DNA of 63,323 nucleotides, filler included, from Desulfonatronovibrionaceae bacterium (GTDB lineage: Bacteria > Desulfobacterota > Desulfovibrionia > Desulfovibrionales > Desulfonatronovibrionaceae): NCBI GenBank assembly GCA_046539845.1. It is 3 parts of 2 records of this genome, joined end to end, with 100 filler letters (N's around TTAATTAATTAA, not from the genome) between each part and the next. Parts side by side here need not be neighbours in the genome. Positions count along the whole stretch, not along the records: positions 32,224 to 63,323 come from JBKHGE010000025.1; 2 more parts are not named here. One strand, given 5' to 3'. Positions within the stretch are counted from its first letter, which is position 1, and each line of letters opens with the position of its first letter. The notes under the pieces were generated by a model. That model had not been told where the DNA came from and made no database searches. It saw only the letters and a program-made list of their open reading frames with translations. This document shows positions 49,657 to 58,079 of this stretch, in pieces. A program made the position numbers and the translations under genes.

Positions 49657-49775
49657 TGACCGACTGTTGAAAGAGTCCTTGCAACGCAGACCGTTTGGAC
49701 ATCCCAAGGCACGGGCCAAATAGCTCAAGGCTCAAGCGCACTTATATGCACATGTAACGCTTTGAATTTATTGCC
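49657..49775 (+). repeat. Degenerate dispersed repeat copy
   Basis: Collinear blocks shared with 47523-47642. Confidence 0.5.
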
Positions 49776-49832
49776 TCTTTTCTACCATGGGCAGATTTAA
49801 GAGCGGAATGCTAACTTAAACAGGAAAATTCT

Positions 49833-50978
49833 ATGCCCCTCAAGACATTGATCCTCTGCATCCTTTTTGTCTCCACCCTTATGCCCCCCGCGGCCTTGGC
49901 TCAAAAAGAGTATCTCTCCACCGTTCCCGACGAGGTTTTATACCTCCAGGACCTGAAACCCGACCACACTCTGGACCCGGATCGCCTGGACCCGTTAATA
50001 GATTTCGCCCTGAACACCACGGTTAAAGAGAGCGACCTGCCTGATCTGGACGGAATGTCCGGGGCCTTTTTCCGATTCAGGATCCCGACCGGGATAACCG
50101 AAATAATTGACTACGCCTACAACCCAGAGGTGCCTGCCCATGTGTTCCGCCCCTCCAGCGTGAGGTATACACAATGGAAGGACAGGCGCATCAACCGTGA
50201 AGCCGCCTCAACTATCCGGGATTTGGCCCGGTCCCCAAAAGACTATCCCCTTGTCGTCCGGGGGCTGGAATATGAAGAGATAACCCCGGACCGCTTTTCC
50301 GGGGCCTACTACGGGTATGACCAGCTACGGACCCTGGCCTTGTTTGAATCCGCCAACGCCACTGTCTTTATCTCTGTTTCCCGGCAGGACGAAAAATCAA
50401 AAGTGGGCCACAAAGGGGCCATTTTGGGCGAAGACACGGACTGGAGATATTTTTATTCCCCGGAAAAGGGGATTACCAAGAGTGGCCTGGGCTGGGCGGA
50501 TTCCTATATGTATTCCGGGTTTACCGTAACGGTCTACACACAAAGACAGGGAGAGGCGGAGACCACGGCCATGTGCTTCAACTGGCTGGACGCCGGGTGG
50601 ATGGGCATGAATTTCGTCAAATCCAAACACATCCTTTCCGGGCTAAAGCGTTTCGCCCGGGATGCGAGTGCGGTGCTTTCCCACCCTGATCTCCCGGACG
50701 CGGAGACCATTGCCGCATTCCACAAAAAACTTAAAAACTGTCCCCAGGAAGAACTGGCCGCCCTGCATACCGAAATTCTTAGCACTGAGTGCGCCGAATC
50801 AGACAACGATCTTTTACAGGAATACTGCCCGAAAATCAGGTCGGGTGACTTCTCCGAGCAGGTCCCGGGAAAATATCTCCGGGCCGCTATCGGTCTGCTG
50901 CAATTCAAAAAATGGCTGAAAAAAAGCGACCAGGGCCCGGATCCCTCCCAAACACCCTGCCTGAGCGGATCGCCCTGA
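49833..50978 (+). CDS. Secreted hypothetical protein
   Basis: Signal peptide ending ALA-Q; 381-aa ORF. Confidence 0.75.
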   Translation: MPLKTLILCILFVSTLMPPAALAQKEYLSTVPDEVLYLQDLKPDHTLDPDRLDPLIDFALNTTVKESDLPDLDGMSGAFFRFRIPTGITEIIDYAYNPEVPAHVFRPSSVRYTQWKDRRINREAASTIRDLARSPKDYPLVVRGLEYEEITPDRFSGAYYGYDQLRTLALFESANATVFISVSRQDEKSKVGHKGAILGEDTDWRYFYSPEKGITKSGLGWADSYMYSGFTVTVYTQRQGEAETTAMCFNWLDAGWMGMNFVKSKHILSGLKRFARDASAVLSHPDLPDAETIAAFHKKLKNCPQEELAALHTEILSTECAESDNDLLQEYCPKIRSGDFSEQVPGKYLRAAIGLLQFKKWLKKSDQGPDPSQTPCLSGSP

Positions 50979-50984
50979 ACCTTT

Positions 50985-51007
50985 GCCCGGCCTATGCCGG
51001 GCTTTTT
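50985..51007 (+). terminator. Intrinsic terminator
   Basis: GCCCGGC-ctat-GCCGGGC-TTTTT. Confidence 0.75.
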
Positions 51008-51293
51008 CTCTATAAAGAAAAATTTATTATAGCCCGACGGGCGCAAGCTGCCGTTCAGCCAGAAGACCAAACCGAAAATCTAAGAAAACATACCGTTCAA
51101 CAGCGTCTATGCGCAGGTACCGAAGTTTATTTACCTCTCGCCTTGACCCCGGACACGGATTAAGGCATGGGTACACCGTGCATACCGTACATAATTCAAC
51201 GCTATATTGCTTGCGACGCTGAAAACGAGCAAAGAATGCCCAATGGGGGCGATAAAATTACATTAATTAATTTTAAAGCTGAGGGGGTAGTTA

Positions 51294-52640
51294 ATGCAAG
51301 ATTTTCTAGGAGCAATCAGTTCATTTGTCTGGGGGCCGGTAACCATCGTCCTCCTGGTTGGTACAGGCATTCTTCTCACCCTAATTGTGCCGTTTATTCA
51401 GCTGCGCAAGTTCAGCTATGCCTGGAAACTCATCTCCGGAAAGTACGACGATCCGAAGGACAAAGGGGAAATCACCCATTTTCAGGCCCTGAGCGCAGCC
51501 CTTTCAGCCACAATCGGCACCGGAAACATCGCCGGAGTGGGAACGGCCGTGGCCCTGGGCGGACCGGGCGCGGTCTTTTGGATGTGGATCACTGCTGTTT
51601 TCGGGATGGCCCTTAAGTACGGCGAATGTCTGCTCTCACTCAATTACCGGACCATTCATCCGGACGGCGTGGTCGGAGCCGGTCCTATGTACTACCTGGA
51701 AAAGGGACTGGGCCAGAAATGGTTGGGTGTCCTTTTTGCCGTGTTTGCCGCAATAGCCTCTTTCGGCATCGGGAATATGGTCCAGGCCAACTCTGTGGCC
51801 GAGCCGGTCCAGTCCTATTTCGGCATCCCCAAACTGGCCACCGGCCTGTTCATCGGTATCCTCGTATTTCTAGTTATCGTCGGCGGAATCAAGCGTATCG
51901 GACAGGTGGCCAGCCGCTTGGTCCCGCTAATGGCCCTGTTTTATATTATCGGCTCCCTGTGGGTCATTTTTACCAACATAAGCGAAGTACCGGCCGCGCT
52001 GGGCATGATCTTCACCGATGCCTTTACCGGCACGGCGGCCACAGGCGGTTTTGCCGGGGCGGCGATAGCCCAGGTGATCCGTTATGGTGTGGCCCGGGGT
52101 GTATTCTCCAATGAGGCCGGACTGGGAAGTGCTCCCATAGCCCACGGAGCCGCCAGAACCAAGGAACCGGTCCGAGAGGGCCTGGTTGCCATGCTTGGAC
52201 CATTTATCGATACCATTGTTATCTGCACCATGACCGCCCTGGTCATCGTCCTTACCGGTGCTTTCACCTCCGGTGAGACCGGATCGGATCTGACCGCCAA
52301 GGCCTTTAACATCGGCCTCCCCGGACCGGGCGGATACATCGTGGCCATAGGCATAATCTTTTTCGCCTTTTCCACGGCCATCAGCTGGTCCTACTACGGG
52401 GACAGGTGCATTGATTATCTCTTCGGTCAGAAGCTGGTTATGCCCTACCGGGTCCTTTTCTGCATACTCCTGCCGGTCGGGGCCTATGTCAAGCTGGAAA
52501 CTGTCTGGACCATCTCGGACATCTTCAACGCCCTTATGGCCTGGCCCAACCTTATCGGCCTGATATTCCTGAGTCCGGTCATCATTCGGCTGACCAAGGA
52601 ATACTTCAGCGACCCCAAACGGGTCTATCCGAATGAGTAA
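51294..52640 (+). CDS. Alanine/glycine:cation symporter (AGCS family)
   Basis: IGTGNIAGV, GGPGAVFWMW and FSNEAGLGSAP. Confidence 0.95.
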   Translation: MQDFLGAISSFVWGPVTIVLLVGTGILLTLIVPFIQLRKFSYAWKLISGKYDDPKDKGEITHFQALSAALSATIGTGNIAGVGTAVALGGPGAVFWMWITAVFGMALKYGECLLSLNYRTIHPDGVVGAGPMYYLEKGLGQKWLGVLFAVFAAIASFGIGNMVQANSVAEPVQSYFGIPKLATGLFIGILVFLVIVGGIKRIGQVASRLVPLMALFYIIGSLWVIFTNISEVPAALGMIFTDAFTGTAATGGFAGAAIAQVIRYGVARGVFSNEAGLGSAPIAHGAARTKEPVREGLVAMLGPFIDTIVICTMTALVIVLTGAFTSGETGSDLTAKAFNIGLPGPGGYIVAIGIIFFAFSTAISWSYYGDRCIDYLFGQKLVMPYRVLFCILLPVGAYVKLETVWTISDIFNALMAWPNLIGLIFLSPVIIRLTKEYFSDPKRVYPNE

Positions 52641-52658
52641 TCGATAGTAAAAAAAACG

Positions 52659-52694
52659 AAAAGCCCGGCTCCTTAAGGAGCCGGGCTTTTTTTT
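52659..52694. terminator. Bidirectional intrinsic terminator
   Basis: AAAAGCCCGGCTCC-ttaa-GGAGCCGGGCTTTTTTTT between convergent genes. Confidence 0.9.
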
Positions 52695-52713
52695 ATTCCC
52701 GGAGGAAACAGGC

Positions 52714-53643
52714 CTACCTGCCATAAACCTCTTGTAAGATCTCCCCGCCTCCTGCGGCTAGGACCTCAGCAGCCAGGTCCTCTCCCAGGGAAAACGCGTC
52801 CTTGGGCTTTCCGGTCCGGCTTCTCAGGATATACCTCTTGCCCTGTTCATCCGCCACCAAACCCTGCAGATGGACAACATTACCCTGCAATCTCGCGTGG
52901 GCTGCAATCGGCACCTGGCACCCGCCGTCCAGACCGCTTAAAAATCCGCGTTCAGCCAAAACACAGAACCTGGTCCGGGGGTGGTCCATAAACCCAAGGA
53001 ACTCATCCAGATCGGTCCTTTCCCGGCAATATTCAATGCCCAGAGCTCCCTGAGCCACGGCCGGGTAAAATTCCGGGGGGACGAGCTTTTGCTCGTGCGG
53101 GGCGCTAAGACCCAGCCGACGCATCCCGGCCCCGGCGACCACAATGGCGTCAAACAGCCCATCGGTTAGCTTTTTCACCCTGGTATCCAGGTTGCCGCGC
53201 AGGGATTTTACCTTAAGGTCCGGGCGCAGATGCAGGATCTGAGACTGACGGCGCAGACTGGAGGTGCCGACAACGGAACCGGCAGACAGGGTCTGCAGCT
53301 CAACGTCAGCATTGGCTAAAAAAAGATCAAACCACTGCTCCCTTTCCGGCATTACCCCCAGCTTTAGGCCTTCGGGTAGAACAGTGGGCACGTCCTTCAT
53401 GCTGTGCACCGCGATATCCGCCCGTCCGTCAAGCAGGGCCTCCTCAATCTCCTTTACGAAGAGTCCCTTGCCTCCGACCTTGGCCAGGGGGACATCCAGT
53501 ATCTTGTCCCCCTGGGTGGTCACTTTCAAAAGATTTACTTCCAGGCCGGGATAGCGGGCGGTCAATTGCCCGGCTATGTGCTCCGCCTGCCACAGGGCCA
53601 GCTTACTCTTTCTGGTGGCGATGGTCAGACTGGACACAGACAT
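52714..53643 (-). CDS. hemC: Hydroxymethylbilane synthase
   Basis: [33 protein letters not shown] and GGCQVP. Confidence 0.97.
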   Translation of the reverse strand: MSVSSLTIATRKSKLALWQAEHIAGQLTARYPGLEVNLLKVTTQGDKILDVPLAKVGGKGLFVKEIEEALLDGRADIAVHSMKDVPTVLPEGLKLGVMPEREQWFDLFLANADVELQTLSAGSVVGTSSLRRQSQILHLRPDLKVKSLRGNLDTRVKKLTDGLFDAIVVAGAGMRRLGLSAPHEQKLVPPEFYPAVAQGALGIEYCRERTDLDEFLGFMDHPRTRFCVLAERGFLSGLDGGCQVPIAAHARLQGNVVHLQGLVADEQGKRYILRSRTGKPKDAFSLGEDLAAEVLAAGGGEILQEVYGR

Positions 53644-53646
53644 CTA

Positions 53647-53895
53647 TCAGCTCCCGCAGGAGGAACAATTGCTGCTCGTGCAGGAGGCGCATCCGCCCAT
53701 GCCCCGGCTGGAGATCGCGTTTGACGAGGGAGAACCCTGGACAATGGGGCCACCGGTCCTGAATTTACAGGCCGAAATCAGCCTTTCCGCACTCTTTCCC
53801 GAGCAATGGGGGCAGGCAATCTCTTCGTTTTCATTCAAGACTATCTCCTCGAACTTTTGGCCGCAGTCCCGGCACAAGAATTCATATATCGGCAT
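53647..53895 (-). CDS. FmdB family zinc-ribbon protein
   Basis: MPIYEFLCxxC..CPxC and a Cys-rich tail. Confidence 0.85.
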   Translation of the reverse strand: MPIYEFLCRDCGQKFEEIVLNENEEIACPHCSGKSAERLISACKFRTGGPIVQGSPSSNAISSRGMGGCASCTSSNCSSCGS

Positions 53896-53936
53896 ACTTC
53901 CTCCGTTTAAAAAATGCAGCAGGGTGCGATTAAGTA

Positions 53937-54536
53937 TTACAGATCCAGCTCGCTCACCGCCTCAAACAGAAAATAATCCACCAAATGGCAGAGCATGTGT
54001 CCGGCTGCTATATGCACCTCCTGGATAAGGGGGGTATCCTCTCCGGGCACGATCAGGGCAAAATGGCAAAACTCAAGCAGAGGTCCGCCGTTGCCGCCGA
54101 GCAGGCCCACGCCCAGGATCTCCATTTCTCTGGCCTGAACCAGGGCTTCCCGGACATTGGGGCTGTTCCCGGAAGTGGAGATGCCGAAAAGCATATCCCC
54201 TTCCCGGCCCAGGGCTTTGACCTGTTTTGCAAATATCTCGTTAAAGCTGTAGTCGTTGCCCACTGCCGTAAGCACAGAAGTATCCGTGGTCAGAGCCAAG
54301 GCGGGGAGAGGCGGTCTTTCCAACCGAAAACGGTTCACAAATTCCGCGGCCAGGTGCTGGGCGTCGGCAGCGCTCCCGCCGTTGCCGCAGAACATTAGTT
54401 TGCCCCCCCGGGCCAAACACACCGCCGCGGTCTTGGCCACCTGGATCAAAAGCTCGGAATTGGCGGAGAAAAAATCCTCCCGCAGGCGGCTCCCCTCCAG
54501 GCTGTGCCTGTTTATTATCTCTGTGGCTTCGCTCAT
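53937..54536 (-). CDS. gmhA: D-sedoheptulose-7-phosphate isomerase
   Basis: CGNGGSAADAQH, GNDY, STSGNS and IQEVH. Confidence 0.95.
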   Translation of the reverse strand: MSEATEIINRHSLEGSRLREDFFSANSELLIQVAKTAAVCLARGGKLMFCGNGGSAADAQHLAAEFVNRFRLERPPLPALALTTDTSVLTAVGNDYSFNEIFAKQVKALGREGDMLFGISTSGNSPNVREALVQAREMEILGVGLLGGNGGPLLEFCHFALIVPGEDTPLIQEVHIAAGHMLCHLVDYFLFEAVSELDL

Positions 54537-54726
54537 CCGGATACTCCGTTTTTTGACTCTGCCTGGCCGCAGGCGGTGCATACTTTATCAGCACCTCCCG
54601 GCCGGGGATTGACCGGCAGGGCCTGACTGTATATGCAGGACATCTGCATGTACCACATATACATAAGAGCTACTGTCATATTTGTCCAGAAAACAAGAAT
54701 GCCGCGATTAAACCCAGCTGGCGCAC

Positions 54727-55245
54727 ATGTCAACCACAGACCCCTGCACTAACCTGATCCTTATAGGCATGGCCGGCACCGGCAAGACCACGCTGGGCAA
54801 AATGGCGGCCGGTGCCCTTTCCTGGTGCCATATTGACACTGACTATCTTTTGCAGTCCTGGTGGGGTATGTCCCTGCAGGCCCTTAGGGATCGGCTGGGT
54901 CTCGAAGCGTTCTTGCAGGCCGAGGCGGATATGCTCACCCGGCTGAAGGTATGCAGATGCGTAATCTCCACCGGCGGGAGTGTGGTCTACCGCCGGGCCG
55001 GCATGCGCAGGCTGAAGGAATTGGGCCCGGCCATAGAGCTGTTCGCTGATCTGGAAACGATCAGCTCCCGGTTGCAGAACCCGGACTCCCGCGGCCTGGC
55101 TGTTCGCCCGGGACAGACCCTGGAAGAACTCTACCATGAACGCCGCCCCCTTTATGCGGCTTATGCGGATGCGCGCATAGACACAGGGAAATCCGGTCCT
55201 GAGACGTGCGTGAAAGAGATCCTGGCATGGCTAAAAAAAAGATAA
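54727..55245 (+). CDS. Shikimate-kinase-fold kinase (possibly Desulfovibrio-type homoserine kinase)
   Basis: GMAGTGKTT, DTD, STGGSVVY, RGLA and ERRPLY. Confidence 0.75.
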   Translation: MSTTDPCTNLILIGMAGTGKTTLGKMAAGALSWCHIDTDYLLQSWWGMSLQALRDRLGLEAFLQAEADMLTRLKVCRCVISTGGSVVYRRAGMRRLKELGPAIELFADLETISSRLQNPDSRGLAVRPGQTLEELYHERRPLYAAYADARIDTGKSGPETCVKEILAWLKKR

Positions 55246-55835
55246 CCGGCTCCAGACACGGGGTGTTTACCCGACTCCAGGACCTGTACCTAAGGATGGA
55301 GGAGGAATATGACCGCATCGCCTTTCGGATAGGGCTCAGCTGCGCCGAATGTACGGACAACTGCTGCACCAGCTACTTCCGGCACCACACCTATGTGGAA
55401 TGGGCATATCTGTGGAAGGGGCTAAAGGCATGCGACAGCAGTCTAAGGGAACGGATCCTTGCCCGGGCCCATGGCTACCTCCGGGAGGAAGAGGCCGGCC
55501 TTGCCCGGGGGAAGGCGCCGGAAGCCATGTGTCCGGTAAACGAGAGCGGCTGGTGCACCCTGTATCCATACAGACTCATGATCTGCCGTATGCACGGGGT
55601 CCCAAACTGCTTGAACACCCCGGATGGACAGCGCAAAGACTTCCCCGGCTGCTTCATGGCCCAGGAATTGACCCAAGGAATGGACAGTGCTCCGAGCATG
55701 GACAGGACCGGATTTTATTCCGAGCTGGCCGCCTTGGAAATGGATTTTCTCGGGCAAAGGATCAAAAAGTTGCCCCGGGTGGATATGTCCCTGGCCCGGA
55801 TGATCGTTTCCGGTCCCCCGAAACTGAGCATCTAA
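55227..55835 (+). CDS. YkgJ-like CxxCxxxCC cysteine-cluster protein
   Basis: CAECTDNCC, CPV..GWCTLYPYRLMICR. Confidence 0.75.
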   Translation: MAKKKITGSRHGVFTRLQDLYLRMEEEYDRIAFRIGLSCAECTDNCCTSYFRHHTYVEWAYLWKGLKACDSSLRERILARAHGYLREEEAGLARGKAPEAMCPVNESGWCTLYPYRLMICRMHGVPNCLNTPDGQRKDFPGCFMAQELTQGMDSAPSMDRTGFYSELAALEMDFLGQRIKKLPRVDMSLARMIVSGPPKLSI

Positions 55836-55838
55836 ACC

Positions 55839-56387
55839 ATGGACAGCAAGATACTGTATCTCTTTATTTTACTGACCTGCACCGCAACCTGCACCGGTTG
55901 TATTCGGCCAAGCGTTGGACATCTGCCCCAAAAGCCCTTTGCGTCTTGTGCATCCGAGCAAAAAATAACCACCAAGAACCTGGAGTTTGTCTACCAAGCC
56001 GGGATTGAAAACGGGAAACTGATGGTCCGGGGAATTGCTTTTCCCAGGGACGAATACATCCCGGGTTGGGCCAAGACCTTTCAGGACCTCTCTATTTATG
56101 TCTATCTTACAGACTCCAAGGGCCGTATCCTGGACAAAGGCCTAAAGACCTTTTTGCCCCAAAAGCTGGACCGGGGAAAAGGCCATTCCTTTGTCCTCAC
56201 CCTGACCCCTGCGTCCGGGCAAAGTGAAGAACCACTGTATATCGCCTTTGGATACAGCATGAGATTGAGCCCGAAACCTCCCTACAGCGGCAGGATCCAG
56301 GACACTCCATTCAGCGACGACACATCGGACACCTTCAGCGCCCGCGAGGGTGCGGTCTATTCAGCACCGTCAGGGCCGGGGGACTGA
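55839..56387 (+). CDS. Hypothetical lipoprotein
   Basis: Hydrophobic N-terminus ending TGC; 3 nt after the upstream stop. Confidence 0.6.
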   Translation: MDSKILYLFILLTCTATCTGCIRPSVGHLPQKPFASCASEQKITTKNLEFVYQAGIENGKLMVRGIAFPRDEYIPGWAKTFQDLSIYVYLTDSKGRILDKGLKTFLPQKLDRGKGHSFVLTLTPASGQSEEPLYIAFGYSMRLSPKPPYSGRIQDTPFSDDTSDTFSAREGAVYSAPSGPGD

Positions 56388-56397
56388 ACAACAGCCT

Positions 56398-56414
56398 TAA
56401 CCGACTGTTGAAAA
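56398..56414 (+). repeat. Dispersed repeat end motif TAACCGACTGTTGAAAA
   Basis: Matches the motif at 9758, 47523 and 49657. Confidence 0.5.
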
Positions 56415-56441
56415 CTACCCGCACACAGCACTGAAAGACCA

Positions 56442-56936
56442 TCAATTGGAACGGGTCGAGGAGGGCGTGGCCTGCTGCCCCATGCTCAGGGAAGTGACCA
56501 CCTTTTTGGCCTGCTCCGTGCCTTTCCATTCCTCAAAAGCCTCTATCCACTTCTCAAAAGGCAAAAAGGCCTCATCAAGCTGACTCTCGTGCAGAGAAAC
56601 CCACATATTGAAGGCTTCCACCTCGGCCCGAAAAAGGGCGCTGTCCATCACCTTGGGTACAACGCCCAAATCAAATTCGATCCCGTCATATTTCTCTCCG
56701 ATAAATTCCACAATGACCTGCTGCGATATATCCGGTGTGAGCTCTCTGTCCATCATTTTTTCTACCAATCCGAACAGGTCCTTGTATTCTTCCTGAATCT
56801 TGCTTATTTGCTCATTCGACAATTTTATTCTCAGTCCGTTCGCACCCTCTTCCAAAAAGTAAAACCTCAGCCAGAGCTCAAATTTAAACACTCTGGAAAT
56901 ATCTTTTACTGCCTTTTTTTTCTTTTGAACATCCAT
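56442..56936 (-). CDS. Hypothetical protein
   Basis: 164-aa ORF with AAGGAG RBS; FELWLRFYF motif. Confidence 0.75.
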   Translation of the reverse strand: MDVQKKKKAVKDISRVFKFELWLRFYFLEEGANGLRIKLSNEQISKIQEEYKDLFGLVEKMMDRELTPDISQQVIVEFIGEKYDGIEFDLGVVPKVMDSALFRAEVEAFNMWVSLHESQLDEAFLPFEKWIEAFEEWKGTEQAKKVVTSLSMGQQATPSSTRSN

Positions 56937-57114
56937 AAATTACTCCTTATTAATTTATAAAAATTGTTTATTCTTTCTTAAAAGGACCATTCGGATAAAC
57001 GTTTGGGATAAAAGTTATCGCTTACATTTTATAACACTATTGACAACTACCTTTTAAAGGCCTATTAAGGGCTAAGGAACGGTTTAATAATAAAATATAC
57101 ATGGAGGTCAAAAC

Positions 57115-57504
57115 ATGGAAGATTATCTCAAACAAGCCCTTGAAATTGTCAAAGCGCAGGCCTCGGTTCGCAATATGACAGAGGAAGAAATAACCTCGAT
57201 GGTCAAATCCCTTGCCGACGGAATCAAAAAAGTGGCCGAAGGCGGGGAGGTGGAACCGACAAAGCAGGAGCCACCAGTTGACCCCAAAAAGGCCATAAGG
57301 GAAAAAAGCGTCATCTGCCTGGAATGCGGCAAGTCTTTCAAGGTCCTGACCAAAAGGCATCTTGCCTCGCACGGGATCACTCCGGAAGAATACAAGGCAA
57401 AATGGGGCTATAAAAAGAACACTTCTCTGGTGGCCAAGGCCCTTGCTAGAGAACGTCGGAAGAAAATGCAAGACATGAGATTGTGGGAGAAGAGAAAGAA
57501 ATAA
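57115..57504 (+). CDS. MucR/Ros family zinc-finger transcriptional regulator
   Basis: ICLECGKSFKVLTKRHL..HGITPEEYKAKWG. Confidence 0.9.
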   Translation: MEDYLKQALEIVKAQASVRNMTEEEITSMVKSLADGIKKVAEGGEVEPTKQEPPVDPKKAIREKSVICLECGKSFKVLTKRHLASHGITPEEYKAKWGYKKNTSLVAKALARERRKKMQDMRLWEKRKK

Positions 57505-57708
57505 TCGATTCTACATCCCGCACCCGATCCGGATAGTCCAGGTTGGGTGCGGGATATATACCAAATTTTTGTCCGCTAACGGACAAGTAAAGTTAGGTCT
57601 ATACAGGCCTTATTTTTTTGGGTTTGTCAAGGCGCCTCCAGCCAAGGCCCTGCGTCATAAGCGGGGCAGAAACAAACTCAAGGTCATGGCCCGGCAAAGG
57701 GGAAAGAC

Positions 57709-58008
57709 ATGAAAAATCCGAACCGGGATAAAGTTTCGCGCCTGGAAGAACTCCCCAATATCGGGAAGCCCATCGCGGCAAAACTTCGCCTGATCGGCAT
57801 TGACCATCCCAAAAAGCTGATTGGGATGCAGCCCTTTGAAATGCACGCGGATTTGTGCGCAAAAACCGGCAAAAGAGAGGACCCGTGTCTGCTTGATGTG
57901 TTCATGGCCGCAGTCCATTTTATGGAGGGCGGTGCCCCCTTACCGTGGTGGGAGTTTACTCCGGAACGGAAAAAGCGCCTGGCACAACAAAAACAACAAC
58001 TTTCTTGA
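57709..58008 (+). CDS. Helix-hairpin-helix (Cdd1-like) protein
   Basis: LPNIGK, DPCLLDVF and PWWEFT. Confidence 0.8.
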   Translation: MKNPNRDKVSRLEELPNIGKPIAAKLRLIGIDHPKKLIGMQPFEMHADLCAKTGKREDPCLLDVFMAAVHFMEGGAPLPWWEFTPERKKRLAQQKQQLS

Positions 58009-58079
58009 AGTTTACCCCGTCCGGATCTGGTCGATTAAGCTGTCTTCAAAGCCGCTAGTGATGTTGATAGCGCCTGGAA

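Noticed and set aside
51060..51293. Glycine riboswitch expected upstream of the AGCS symporter
   Set aside because: No GGAGA...CCGAAG...CUCUCAGG aptamer signature.
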